Part shown: one piece after another, positions 36,975 to 49,700 of the stretch
Layout: each line of letters starts with the position of its first letter
Numbering within the stretch: the stretch's first letter is position 1
Origin: Malacoraja senta
Taxonomy: Eukaryota
Length of the DNA stretch: 64,000 nt
NCBI GenBank assembly: GCA_038087875.1
Contig: CM075995.1
Location: 7,814,001-7,878,000 of the forward strand
Direction of reading: 5' to 3'
Made by a program: the position numbers and the translations under genes
The notes under the pieces: generated by a model
Seen by the model: only the letters and a program-made list of their open reading frames with translations
Told to the model about the DNA's origin: nothing
The model's database searches: none

Positions 36975-38135
36975 ATGAGCAGTCAAATGCAGAGACACCT
37001 CTGCTCAGTCTGCATAAACCTACCTGATATCCCGGTTGCTAAACACTAACTCCCCCTCCCATTCCCACCCTGACCTTTCTGGCCTGGGCCTCCTCCGTTG
37101 TCAGAGTGAAGCCCAGTGTAAATTGGAGGAACACCTCATATTTCGCTTGGGCAGCTTATGTTGGCCAGCGGTGTGAATGTTGAAGGTAGACACAAAATGC
37201 TGGAGTAACTCAGCGGGACAGGCAGCATCTCTGGAGAGAAGGAATGGGTGACTTTTCGGGTCGAGACCCCCAACTTCAAACTGGTTCGGGATAAGGGAAA
37301 CGAGAGATATAGACGATGAGGTGGAGAAATAAAGAACAATTAATAAAATATATACAAACAAGCAACGATAATAAAGGAAACAAGCCATTGTTAATGTTTG
37401 TAGGGTGAAAAGGAGAAGCTAGTGCTTTGGTGGGGAGGGATAGAGAGTATGAATATTGACTTCTCTGTCTTCCCTCTCTCTCCATCCCTCCGGCCTTCCC
37501 AGTTCTCGGACTAATCTGACTGTCCTCGTTTACATTGTATCTGTTTGCTTTGTTGTTACCTTCTCCGAGCTAACACTGATCCTACATTTTCCTTGAACTT
37601 AGAAACATAGAAAAATAGGTGGAGCAGGCCATTCGGCCCTTCGAGCCAGCACCGCCATTCAATATGATCATGGCTGATCATCTAAAATCAGTACCGCGTT
37701 CCTGTTTTTTCACCATATCCCTAAGAGCAAAATCTAACTCTCTCTTGAAAACATTCAGTGAATTGGTCTCCACTACCTTCTGTGGCTGAGAATTCCTCAG
37801 ATTCACAACTCTCTGGGTGTAGTTATTTTTCCTCATCTCAGTCCTAAATGGCCCAACTCTTATTCTTAAACTGTGACCCCCTGGTTCTGGACTCCCCCAA
37901 CATCTGGAACATTTTTCCTGCATCTAGCTTGTCCAAACCTTTAAGAATTTTATATGTTTCGATAAGCTCCCCTCTCATCCAACTTCATCCCCTTTGTCTC
38001 GTTTTCACACCTCACACGTCCTTATCTCTGTATCTCCCCCGACTCAGTCTGAAGAAGGGTCTTGATCCTAAACGTCACCCATTCCTTCTATTCAGTGATG
38101 CTGCCAGTTACTCCAGCTTTTTGTGTCTATCGGCA
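36975..38135. mobile_element. Penelope-like element fragments in both orientations, interrupted by a CR1 tail (37600-37985, -)
   Basis: GIY-YIG C-terminal remnant (PDIPVAKH/NSPSHSHPDLSGLGLL...KLEE/HLIFRLGSL) plus the terminal repeat with ctgaagaagggtc at 38049. Confidence 0.75.
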
Positions 38136-38494
38136 GTCTTTCCAAATCTGGATTGGTATACTCCAGTTGAATTTCCTGTATAAATATTTATAGATCTCAA
38201 GTAGATGCATTTACTAATGTTACTTTTATTCCAAATTACATTATGAAAACATGAACATCTCAGAACATTTTATAATCCCAAACATGGAAAAAAGGTTCAA
38301 GGAACCCGTCAGAATGACGAAGCTCGTGAATTCATCAGCGACCTTCCGTGATTGTCCTTCATGACTAAAAGGTCAAGTTTTCAACCGATGCTGAAACATT
38401 TTTTCCCAAAAAAAACATACAAAAAGTTGGCATTCTAACCCGCTGGTGAAGCGCTGATAATGCCTCCGTTTCTTGGATTGCTGAACAGACTGCA

Positions 38495-39080
38495 GAGTGT
38501 AGAAGTTGGGAGGTCACGTTGCAGTTGTATAAGACGTTGGTGAGGCCGCATTTAGAGTATCGTGTTCAGTTCTGGGCATCGCGTTACAGGAAAGATGTCA
38601 AGCTGGAAAGGGTACAGGGAAGATTTATGAGGATGTTGCCAGGACTGAGCTATAGGGAGAGGTTGAGTAGGCTGGGACTCTATTCCTTGGAGTGCAGGAG
38701 GATGAGGGGTGATCTTATAGAGATGTATAAGATCATGAGTGGAATAGATTGTGTAGAGTCTGTTGCCCAGAATAAGTGAATCGAGGACTAGAGGACACAG
38801 GTTTAAGGTGAATGGGGAAACGATTTAATAGGAATCTGAGGGGTAACCTTTTCACACAAAGGGTGGTGGATGTATAGAACAAGCTGCCAGAGGAGGTAGT
38901 TGAGGCAGGGACTATGCCAACGTTTTAGAAACAGTTAGACAAGCACATGGATAAGGCAGGTTTGGAGGGATATGGACAAAATGCGTGTAGGTGGGACTAG
39001 TGTAGATGGGACATGTTGGCCGGAGTGGGTTAGTTGGGCCGAAGGGCCTGTTTAAACACTGTATCACTCGATGACTCAAT
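38495..39080 (+). mobile_element. CR1 3' fragment just downstream of the nutf2-like stop
   Basis: LYKTLVRPHLEY...LGLYSLE...RGDLIE and 3' UTR. Confidence 0.87.
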
Positions 39081-39239
39081 GAGATTGAAAAATTTCAGAG
39101 CCGAACACTGTAATAAATTGATTTACTTAATGACATTGGTCCCCCACTACAGTAATGTAATTGTCAAAACATCGTTCCACTACAACTTCAGTTGAAACCA
39201 AGTTAAAGTCAACCAAAACGTTAAAAAAAACAATCAACC

Positions 39240-39353
39240 TTAACAAAAGTTATGGAGAGCCAATCTAAACATGTCATTTGTGCAGATCCACTTGTCATTA
39301 TCATTTTTCAGAAGAAATAATTGATGGAAACCAATCACTGGGTCATCGTCCAC
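39240..39353 (-). CDS. nutf2l: Nuclear transport factor 2-like, last coding exon ([37 protein letters not shown])
   Basis: Acceptor tcttccgtag|GTG; TAA at 39242-39240; matches the NTF2 C-terminus GFHQ.FLLKN....[14 protein letters not shown]. Symbol tentative (nutf2 vs nutf2l). Confidence 0.93.
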   Translation of the reverse strand: MDDDPVIGFHQLFLLKNDNDKWICTNDMFRLALHNFC

Positions 39354-39512
39354 CTACGGAAGACATTGATATTTTAAACAATTCTTAAAAATAAATATAA
39401 AATTTAACTTTAAAGTAATAGGGTGTGGAAAAAGGCCCTTCGGCCCAACTTGCCCACACCGACCAACATGTCGCAACCATACTAGTCCCACCTGCCTGCG
39501 TTTGGCCCGTAT

Positions 39513-39856
39513 TCAACACACTAGGAGCATGGAGAACAGACTTCCCGACCTCCGCAATGCATTGTTGCACCGAACGCCACAGCCCCACCCAGCTCGGACT
39601 TGCCCCGCAAAGAGTGGGTCGCCCTGAGCTGGCTCCGTGCAGGGGTCGGCCGGTTCAACGCCCACATTCATCGCTGGGGGCTACGTTCATCAGCAGCCTG
39701 CGTGTGTGGAGCAGACCAGCGAACAGCGCGTCATTTTCGACTGCGCTGTCCTCCGCCCCCCTGGTGGACGGGTAGACCCTCGACAACAGCCCAGTGAACT
39801 GGCTACAGCGCCTGGGGGGTGTTACATAACCTCTGCTGCCTCAAACGCAAGAAGAA
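39513..39856 (+). mobile_element. Short LINE 3' fragment, Vingi/Ingi-like, nested in a CR1 tail
   Basis: LPRKEWVALSWLRAGVGRF...WGL...CVCGADQ zinc-knuckle-type end; (GAA)n tail; TSD GGCCCGTAT at 39504-39512 and 39857-39865. Confidence 0.65.
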
Positions 39857-40898
39857 GGCCCGTATACCTCCAAACCTGTCCTATCCATTACATATGGCCT
39901 TTGCAGTAGTAAGATGACGTATTCAATGCTACTTTGTCACAGTGAAATTATTTTTGCATGTAATTCAGTAAAAATCATACTTAACTGCAAGAGCGTAGGA
40001 ATAGTAGATTACTGGGACCCAAGAACTAAGTTCCAGGAGCAGAATTAGGCCATTCGGCCCATCAAGTCTACTCCGCCATTCAATCATGGCTGATCTATCT
40101 CTCCCTCCTAACCCCATTCTCCTGCCTTCTCCCCATAACCACTGACACCCACACTAATCAAAAATCTGTCAACCTCTGCCTTAAAAATATCCACTGACTT
40201 GGCCCCCACAGCAATTCTGTGGCAATGGATTCCACAAATTCACCACCCTCTGAATAATGAAATTCCTCCTCATCTCCTTCAGTTTAGTTTAGTTTAGAAA
40301 TACGGCGCGGAAACAGGCCCTTCGAGCTCACCGAGTCCACGCCGACCAGCAATCCCTGCACACTAACACTATCCGACACATGCTAGGGTAAATTTACAAT
40401 TTTACCAAGCCAATTAGCCTACAAACTTGTACGTCTTTGGTGTGGGAGAAATCTGGAGCTCCCAGAGAAATCCCCACGCAGTTCAAGATCTTATGGAGTT
40501 ACGGATCTTATAGACTCAGTGGGTCACACAGAGAGTTGTGAGTCTGTGGAATTCTCTGCCTCAGAGGGCGATGGAGGCCGGTTCTCTGGATACTTTCAAG
40601 AGAGAGCTAGATAGGGCTCTTAAAGATAGCGGAGTCAGGGGATATGGGGAGAAGGCAGAAAACGGGGTACTGATTGTCGATGATCAGCCACGATCACATT
40701 GAATGGCGGTGCTGGCTCGAAGGGCTGAATGGCCTTCTCCTGCACCTATTGTGTATTGTTGAAGGGTCTATTTCCACGCTCTTCCGCTAATCTAAACTAA
40801 GGACAAAATTAAGGTCACGCTTCGGACAAACCCAAGCCACACCAAGGTAAAGGAATAACCAGAGGAATTCCGATCTCTGAAGTGAGTTCCTTGCTCAC

Positions 40899-40997
40899 CT
40901 TCAGCTGTCCTACCACCATGCAAAGAACACAGTTGTCCGGCGCTGGTTGATGGTCCTCGGCTGTAATGTTGTGCTGAATTTTCTGGAACGGTAGACC
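40899..40997 (-). CDS. nutf2l: Nuclear transport factor 2-like, coding exon 3 (GLPFQKIQHNITAEDHQPAPDNCVLCMVVGQLK)
   Basis: cag|GGT acceptor, AAG|gtgagc donor, 99 nt, phase 0/0; NTF2 motifs LPFQKIQH and MVVGQLK. Confidence 0.95.
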
Positions 40998-41774
40998 CTG
41001 CAGTTCGAACAAAACCGGTAAAAAAAAATATTCACTGTGGAGGAAGGAACTGCAGCTGCTGCTTTTAAACCGAAGAAAGACACAAAAAGCTGGAGTAACT
41101 CAGCGGGACAGACAGCATCGCTGGAGAAAAGGAATAGGTGACGTTTCAGGTCTGAAAAAAGGTCTCGACTTTCCTAAGACCAAGAGTCAAGAGTGTTTTA
41201 TTGCCATTGGTCCCGGATGGGACAATGAAATTCTTACCTGCTGCAGCACAACAGAATATGTGAATATGTAAACATCGTACATGATGGGGGAAGAGAAAAA
41301 GAAAAAGTTCAATAAATAACAAATATAATGCAATAATAATATAATCTTTTGCAGTTCAGAGCTCAGAGCTTATTCGTTGTTGTGTTCAATAGCCTGATGG
41401 CTGTTAAAGTGATTAGTGATAGGAGCAGAATTAGGCCATTCAGCCCATCGAGTCTACTCCACCATTCTATCATGGCTGATCTATCTCTTCCTCCTAACCC
41501 CATTCTCCTGCCTTCACCCCATAACCTCTGACACCCGTACTATTCAAGAATCTATCTATCTCTGCCTTAAAAATATCCACTGACTTGGCCTCCACATCTT
41601 TCTGTGGCAAAGGATTCCAAAAATTCACCACCCTCTGACTAAAGAAATTTCTCCTCATTTCCTTCCTACAAGAACATCCTTTTTATTCTGAGGCTGTGAC
41701 CTCGAGTCCCGGACTCTCCCACGAGTGGAAACATTCTCCCCATATCCACTCTGTCCATCTTTAAAACATTCATT

Positions 41775-44700
41775 GTTTTTTTCTCAGCATCAACTGGAGC
41801 AGCAGCTGGATGACCTCAGGACCATTCTGGAAAACGAGAGTGTCTTGAGCAAGACCTACAGTGAGGTTGTCACACCGAGGATACAATAGACAATTGGTGC
41901 ACAAGTAGGCCATTTGGCCCTTCGAGCCAGCACCGCCATTCAATGTGATCATGGCTGATCATCCCCAATCAGTACCCCGTTCCTGCCTTCTCCCCATATC
42001 CACTGACTCCGCTATTTTTAAGAGCCCTATCTAGCTCTCTCTTGAAAGTATCCAGAGAACCCGCCTCCACCACCCTCTGAGGCAGAGAATTCCACAGACT
42101 CACCACTCTCTGTGAGAAAATGTGTTTCCTCGTCTCCGTTCTAAATGGCTTATTCCTTATTCTTAAACTGTGGCCCCTGGTTCTGGACTCCCCCAACATC
42201 GGGAACATGTTTCCTGCCTCTAGCGTGTCCAAACCCTTAACAATCTTATATGTTTCAAAAGAAGGTCAAGGGTGGGTGACAATGAGGAGCAGAAGTAAAC
42301 ATGGAGTGCAGGAGGCCTATTGAAAACAGGTACGCCCACTTGGGAACTGTCGGAGCGGACGACACGACAAGATTGAGTGGCTGTGACTCCAACCCTGGTG
42401 CCGAGGCTCAACGGGGAAGAGTGATGTCAGGCAGAGCTTTAGTGGTGGGAGACTCCATCGTCAGAGGTGCAGACAGGAGATTCTACGGCAGCAGGCGAGA
42501 CTCCAGGATGGGGTGATGCCTCCCTGGTGCCAGGGTCCAGGACGTCTCGGAGCGGCTGCACGGCATCCTCGAGAGTGAGGGGGAGCAGCCAGGAGGTTGT
42601 TGTGCATGTTGGCACGAAGGATATAGGTAGGAAGAAGAAGGAAGTTCCACGACACGAGTTTATGGAATTGGGTAGAAGACTGAAAAGCAGGGCCTGCAGG
42701 GTCGAATGTGGGTAAAACTGAGATTGTAGGTAAAAGGGTCTTCTGGAATGAACGTGACACGTGGTGTCTGGCTCAGCTAAGTGTTGTTTGTTCTTTGCTT
42801 TCTGTCGTGGGATCCTACAACTGGGGACCCCGATGCTACACGCAACCAGTTGTAGGATCGACTGAATCCCACGGCAGAAAGCAAAGAACAAGCGACACTT
42901 AGCTGAGCCAGAAACCTTGTGTCACATTTATTCCAGAGGCCTATTTTACCAACATTCTCAGCAACCCGTGTGAAGATAAGGCCAATTAGTGTGTCTGACC
43001 TTGGAGTTGTTATTGAGCTCTTGTGGCTGGGCCTTCTGGTGAGGCTGCTGGCGGGTCGCCAGCGGTGACGGGCTGTATGCAAAACCATCGTGGGTGTGAA
43101 GGTGCCGCAATAGTGATTTCAGGATTGCTTCCAGTAACTTCCACGTAAGAACAGGAATATAGGGAAAATTAATGTGTGGCTGAGGAGTTGGTGCAGGGGA
43201 CAGGGATTTACATTTCTGGATCATTGGGATCTCTTCTGGGGCAGGGGTGACATGTATAAAAGGGGCAGGTTGCACCTTAACTGGAGGGGGACCAACATCC
43301 TAGCGGGAAGGTTTGCTAATGCTACGCGGGAGGGTTTAAACTAGATTGGCAAGGGGTGGGATCTCGTGCAGGACAGAGGCACGCGAGAGGCTAGAAGTTG
43401 GTATGGAGGGTGGTGTGGGAAAGGTTAGTGGACAGAATAGGCAGGTGAAAGGTGGAGAGTGAGGAAGGAGGGTTGGTTTAAACTGCACGTATTTTAATGC
43501 AAGGAGCCTGACGGGTAAGGCAGATGAGCTTAGGGCATGGATAGGTACGAGCGACTGGGACGTGGTAGCCATGACTGAAACCTGGTTAAGGGAGGGGCAG
43601 GATTGGCAGCTCAATGTCCCGGGGTACAGGAGCTTCAGGAGAGACAGGGGTGAGGGAAAATGAGGAGGGGGGGGGGGGGGGTTGCATTGTTGGTTAAGGA
43701 GGATGTCACGGCTGTGTTCAGAGGTGACATAACGGACGGTTATGTGAGGCTATATGGGTGGAGCTGAGGAACAAAAAATGGATGATCACCTTGTTGGGGG
43801 TGTACTACAGACCCCCGAATAGTCAACGGGAATTAGAAGAACAAATGTACCGGGAGATTGCAGACAGCTGCAGGTCAAATAAGGTTATTGTAGTAGGGGA
43901 TTTTAACTTTCCCAATATAGACTGGAAAAATCATAGCGTGAAGGGTTTAGATGGGGTGCAATTCCTCAAAAGTGTTCAGGAGAGTTTTCTTAAACAGTAT
44001 GTGGATGCCCCCACACGTGAGAGGGCAATGCTGGATCTAGTATTGGAAATTGGGAAGGGCAAGTTAATGAAGTGTTTGTGGAGGAGCCTTTTGGAACCAG
44101 TGACCACAGTTCGATTAGGTTTAAGATAGTTATGGATAGGGCCGACATGTTAAAATGCTCAACTGGGGTAAGACCAACTTTGAGTGGATGAGAGAAGGTC
44201 TCGCTCAAGTTGACTGGAGCAGGTTATTAGAGGGGAAAGGAACATTGGCCAAGTGGGATGTTTTTAGAAGTGTACTGACGAAAGCTCAGGATACGTACGT
44301 CCCTGTTAGAGTGAAGGGCAAAGCAGGCAAACGTAAGGAAGCTTGGCTGACGAGGAAAATTGAGGCATTGGACAAAAACAAGAAGGATGCATGGGACAGG
44401 TATTGGCAGCTGGGATCAAGTACATCCCTGGAGGAGTTTCGGGAACTAAGGAGTAAACTGAAAAAGGAAATCAGAAGGGCAAAAAGGGGCCAGGAGATGG
44501 CTCTGGCGGGTAGCATTAAGGATAATCCCAAAAGATTTTATAAATATATAAGGGGGAAAAAGATAACTAGAGAGAGAGTGGAAACTCTCAGGAATCAAAG
44601 CGGTCACCTCTGTGTGGAGCCACAGGAGATAGGCAAGATCCTAAATGAGTATTTCTCCTCTGTATTTACCAAGGAGAAAGACAGGACGGAGGAAATTGGA

Positions 44701-46325
44701 GCAGTCACTGGAAGTATCTTGAGAGCAGTCAGTGTTACTGTCGAAGAAGTACTGAAGGTACTGTTGTGTTTGAAGGTGGACAAATCTCCAGGGCCAGATC
44801 AGATATATTCGAGGACATTGCGGGAAACTAGAGAGGAAATTGCGGGAACCTTGGTTGAAATTTACGAGTCGTCCTTAGATACAGGAGAGGTGCCGGAAGA
44901 CTGGAGGGTGGCAAATGTTATACCTCTTTTCAAGAAGGGCTGCAGGGAAAATGCTGGGAACTATAGGCCGGTGAGCTGAACATCTGTAGTTGGTAAGTTA
45001 CTAGAGAGTATTCTGAGGGAAAGGTTTTACAGGCATTTGGATGGGCAAGGGCTGATTAGGGACAGTCAGCATGATTTTGTACGAGGGAGGTCGTATCTCA
45101 CAAATCTGAATTATTTTTTTGAAGACGTGACTAAAATGGTCAATGAGGGCAAAGCTGTAGATGTTGTGTACATGGACTTTCGACAAGGTTCCGCATGGTT
45201 GGCTGCTCTGGAAGGTTAGATCGCATGGGATCCAAGAACAGATAGCTAAATGGATAGCAAATTGGCTCCATGGAAGGAAACAGAGGGTGATGGTGGAAGG
45301 TTGCTTCTCAGAATGGAGGCCTGTGATTAGTGGTGGTGCCTCAGGGTTCGGTGTTGGGCCCGTCACTGTTCGTCATCTACATCAATGATTTGGATGAGAA
45401 CACACAGGGCAAGATTAGCAAGTTTGCTGATGATACAATAGTTAGTGGTTTTGCAGATAGTGAAGATGGTTGTGAAAGATTGCAGCAGGATCTGGATCGA
45501 TTGGCCAGGTAGGCGGAGGAATGGTTGATGGAATTTAATACAGAAAAGTGTGAGGTGTTGCATTTTGGGATGTCGAACAAGGGCAGGACCTTCACAGTAA
45601 ATGGTTGGCCTCTAGGTAGTGTTGTAGAGCAGAGGGATCTAGGAGTACAAGTGCATGGTTCCTTGAAGATCGAGTCGCAGGTGGATAGGGTGGTCAAAAA
45701 GGCTTTTGGCACTTTGGCCTTCATCAATCAGAGTATTGTGTATAGAAGTTGGGAGGTCATATTGCAGTTGTATAAGACGTGGTGAGAACCGCATTTAGAA
45801 TATTGTGCTCAGTTCAGGGCACCATGTTATAGGAAAGATATTGTCAAGCTTGAAAGGGTTCAGAAAAGATGTACGAGGAAGTTGCCAGGACTAGAGGGTG
45901 TGAGCTATAGGGACAGGTTGAGTAGGCTGGGTCTCTATTCCATGGAGCGCAGGAGAATGAGGGGTGATCTTATGGAGGTGTACAAAATCATGAGAGGAAT
46001 AGATTAGGGTAGATGCACAGAGTCTCTTGCCTTGAGTAGGAAAATCAAGGACCAGAGGACATAAGTTCAAGGTGAAGGGGAAAAGATTTAATAGGAATCC
46101 GAGGGGTAACTTTTTCACACAGAGGGTGGTGGGTGTACGGAACAAGCTGCCAGAGGAGGTAGTTGAGGCTGGGACTATCCCATCGTTTAAGAAACAGTTA
46201 GATAGGTACATGGATAGTGACAGGTTTGGAGGTATATGGACCAAGCACAGGCAAGTGTAGCTGGTCAGTGTGGGCAAGTTGGGCTGAAGGACTTGTTTCC
46301 ACTCTGCGTCACTCTATGACTCTAA
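41775..46325 (+). mobile_element. Near full-length CR1 LINE (SGNH-esterase ORF1 + APE/RT ORF2), disrupted, with nested insertions at ~41886-42257 and ~42704-43110
   Basis: ALVVGDSIVRG and VVVHVGTKDIG (esterase); [39 protein letters not shown]; tail ctatgact. Confidence 0.92.
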
Positions 46326-46344
46326 TCTAATTATATTCTACCTA

Positions 46345-46815
46345 TCGGTGGTGGCCAGTGCCATCTTCTTCGCTGCCGTGTGCTGGGGCAGCAGGGCGAA
46401 GTCCACGGACGTCAATCGGATTAACAATCTCATCAGGAAGGCTGGCTCCGTCCTGGGGGCAGAGTTGGATTCATGGGAGGTTGGTCTTGGAGGGGAGGAT
46501 GCTCCTCAAACTGCGGAGCATCTTGGACAATACAGCTCACCCCCTCCATGACACACTGGTCAACCTGAGGAGCATCTTCAGCAACAGACTGGTTCCACCA
46601 AGATGCAGCACAGAACATCACAGGAGATCCTTCTTCCCTGTGGCTAACAAACTGTACAACTCATCGCCCTTCTGTCATGGGGTAGAATGAGACTGACTCC
46701 CCTCCCCCCAATCTTTACACATCCCCAAAGCCTTTCCGCTAGTCACTTTAATTTCATATTTCACGTACTTTATGTTTATATGACTGTTGGCAGATCAATT
46801 TCCCTCCTGGGATAT
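46345..46815 (+). mobile_element. Rex1/Babar-type LINE 3' fragment
   Basis: VVASAIFFAAVCWG...LIRKAGSVLG; ILDNTAHPLH...RRSFFPVANKLYN. Confidence 0.75.
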
Positions 46816-46957
46816 TTAAGAATATCAGAATAAGGGGTAGGCCATTTGGAACGGAGATGAGGAAAAACGTTTTCACCCAGAGAGTTGTGAACCTGTGGAA
46901 TTCTCTGCCTCAGAAGGCAGTGAAAGCCGATTCTCTGGTGCTTACAAGAGAGAGTTA

Positions 46958-47175
46958 AGGGCCTGTCCCACTTGGCGATTTTTTCGGCGACTGCCGGCAT
47001 CATTGACTGACGTATCAGGTCACCGAAAAATTTGCGGCGTGACGATGCGCGGTGTTTTTTCAAGTGTCGCAACATTTTTTTGTCGCCGCTGGATTTTGAA
47101 ATGTTCAAAATCTTTTGGCGCCATTGATATGCGCCGGCAGTCGCCGAAAAAAAATCGCCAAGTGGGACAGGTCCT
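46958..47175. mobile_element. PIF/Harbinger-type MITE inside a CR1 3' fragment (46820-47330)
   Basis: TIRs agggcctgtcccacttggcgattt / aaatcgccaagtgggacaggtcct; TTA at 46955-46957 and 47176-47178. Confidence 0.9.
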
Positions 47176-47624
47176 TTAGATAGAGTTCTTAAAGATAGTG
47201 GAGTCATGGGATATGGGGAGAAGGCAGGAACGGGGTACTGATTGTGGAAGATCAGCCATGATCACAGTGAATGGTGGTGCTGGTTCGAAGGGCCGAATGG
47301 CCTACTCCTTCACGTATTGTCTATTGTCTATAAAGTTCTATCGAATCGTATAAGATATCAATGACAAAAAAACAATTATCAATAGTGAAAAACAAAATAA
47401 ATTAAGTGGCGAGTTTCCAAACGGCCAGGGAGATGGTGGGAGGTGGGAGTGGTTTGGCAGGTCATCCCATTCACTTTCTGTATACAACATCATCTGTGGC
47501 CGGCTGCTCAGGGAATTTCAACTGAGCACTTGGAATTTTGTCCGGATTATAGGGGGGGGGGGGGGGGAGGGAAGCGGACCTTGAGTTACCGGAGGGAGAA
47601 AAAAATTGGTGTAGAAAGGAACCG

Positions 47625-48755
47625 TTTGAGACCACACCTGGAGTATTCTGTACAGTTTTGGTCTCCCAATTTGAGGAAGGACATTCTTGCTATTGAGGGA
47701 GTGCAGCATAGGTTCACGAGGTTAATTCCCAAAATGGTGGCACTGTCATATGTTGATAGAATGGAGCCGCTGGGCTTGTATACTCTGGAATTTAGAAGGA
47801 TGAGAGGGGATCTTATTGAAACATATAATAGAAATAGACAATAGGTGCAGGAGTAGGCCATTCGGCCCTTTGAGCCAGCACCGCCATTCAATGTGATCAT
47901 GGCTGATCATTCCCAATCAGTACCCCATTCCTGCCTTCTCCCCATATCCCCTGACTCCGCTATTTTTAAGAGCCCTATCTAGCTCTCTCTTGAAACATCC
48001 AGAGAACCTGCCTCCACCGCCCTCTGAGGCAGAGAATTCCACAGGCTATTCCACAGATTATTAAGTTTGGACCCGCTAGAGGCAGGAAACACGTTCCCGA
48101 TGTTGGGGGAGTCCAGAACCAGGGGCCACAGTTTAAGAATAAAGGGTAAGCCATTTAGAACGGAGATGAGGAAATACTTTTTCACACAGAAAGTGGTGAG
48201 TCTGTGGAATTCTCTGCCTCAGAGAGCGGCGGAGGCAGGTTCTTTGGATGCTTTCAAGTGAGAGTTAGATAGAGCTCTTAAAGATAGCGGAGTCAAGGGA
48301 TATGGGAAGAAGGCAGGAACGGGGTACTGATTGGGGATGATCAGCCATGATCACATTGAATGGCGGTGCTGGCTTGAAGGGCCGAATGGCCTACCTCTGC
48401 ACCTATTGTCTATTGTTTCTGGAGCCCAGCCTCTTGCCCTGATCTTAGTTTAGAGACACAGCGCGGAAACAGGCCCTTCAGCCCACCGAGTCCGTGCCGA
48501 CCAGCGGTCCCCGCACATTAAGACTATCCTACACACACTAGGGACAATGTACAATTATACCAAGCCAATTAACCTACAAACCTGTACATTTTGGAGTGTG
48601 GGAGGAAACCGAAGATCTCGGAGAAAATCCACGCGGTCACAGGGAGAAGGTACGAACTCCGTACAGACAGCACCCGTAGTCGGGTTCGAACCCGGGTCTC
48701 TGGCGCTGCAAGGGCTTTAAGTCAGCAACTCTACAGCTGCGCCACCGTGATGCCC
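47625..48755. mobile_element. CR1 (+) with a nested inverted CR1 tail (~47828-48053), followed by an HE1-like SINE (-, 48445-48755)
   Basis: Host CR1 'gaaacatata|...|agattattaag' resumes after the nested piece. Confidence 0.8.
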
Positions 48756-49355
48756 ACAATCTCTGCATTATTAGAAGATAGACACAAAATGCTGGAGCAA
48801 ACTCAGCGGGACAGGCATCATCTCTGCAGGGAAGGAATGGGTGACCGCTGCCTGTCCCGCTGAGTTACTCCAACATTTTGTGTCCATCTTCGATTTTAAC
48901 CAGCATCTGCAGTTCCTTCCTACACATTTTATCTGCATTATTAGACATAGTTCATAAAGAATTTAAGCTGAACTGTCATCAACATGCAAAAGAAGTTACA
49001 GGAGTTTATGAAATGTGCAGAAAGGAACTGTTGATGCTGGTTTACACTGAAGAGAGACACAGAGTGCTGGAGAAATTCAGCGGGTCAGGCAGCATCTCTG
49101 GAGAGAAGGAATGGGTGACGTTTCTGGTCGGACTTGATCAGTCATTATTGAATGACTCGATAGGCTGAATGGCCTAATTCTACTCCTATAACTTGTGAAC
49201 TTGGAACCCTTCTTCAGACTGAAAGTAAAGGGGGAGAGGGGGGTGGGGTAACTGGAGGTAGGAAAAGGTCAGAACAAATCAGGGCCAGCAACAGATGATC
49301 AAGGATAGGTGGAGCCCATAATGGCCCATTGTTGGCTGTGGAGAGGTGTACTATT

Positions 49356-49700
49356 GGGGGTACAGATGGCGCAATGGGCTAAGTGTTCGGCTGGCAACCG
49401 GAAGGTAGCCGGTTCGAATCCCGCTTGGAGTGCATACTGTCGTTGTGTCCTTGGGCAAGACACTTCACCCACCTTTGCCTGCGTGTGAATGTGTGTGAGT
49501 GATTGGTGGTGGTCGGAGGGGCCGTAGGCGCAGATTAGCAGCCACGCTTCCGTCAGTCTGCCCCAGGGCAGCTGTGGCTACAGAAGTAGCTCACCACCAC
49601 CGAGTGTGACTGAGGAGTGAATGAATAATGCGATGTAAAGCGCCTTGAGTATTAGAAAGGCGCTATATAAATCCCATCCATTATTATTATTATTATTATT
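49356..49700 (+). mobile_element. tRNA-derived SINE of a second family with L2-type tail
   Basis: A-box TGGCGCAATGG, B-box GGTTCGAATCC, CORE-like gtgtccttgggcaagacact, stem-loop agcgcct...aggcgct, (ATT)n tail, ACTAT on both flanks. Confidence 0.85.
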
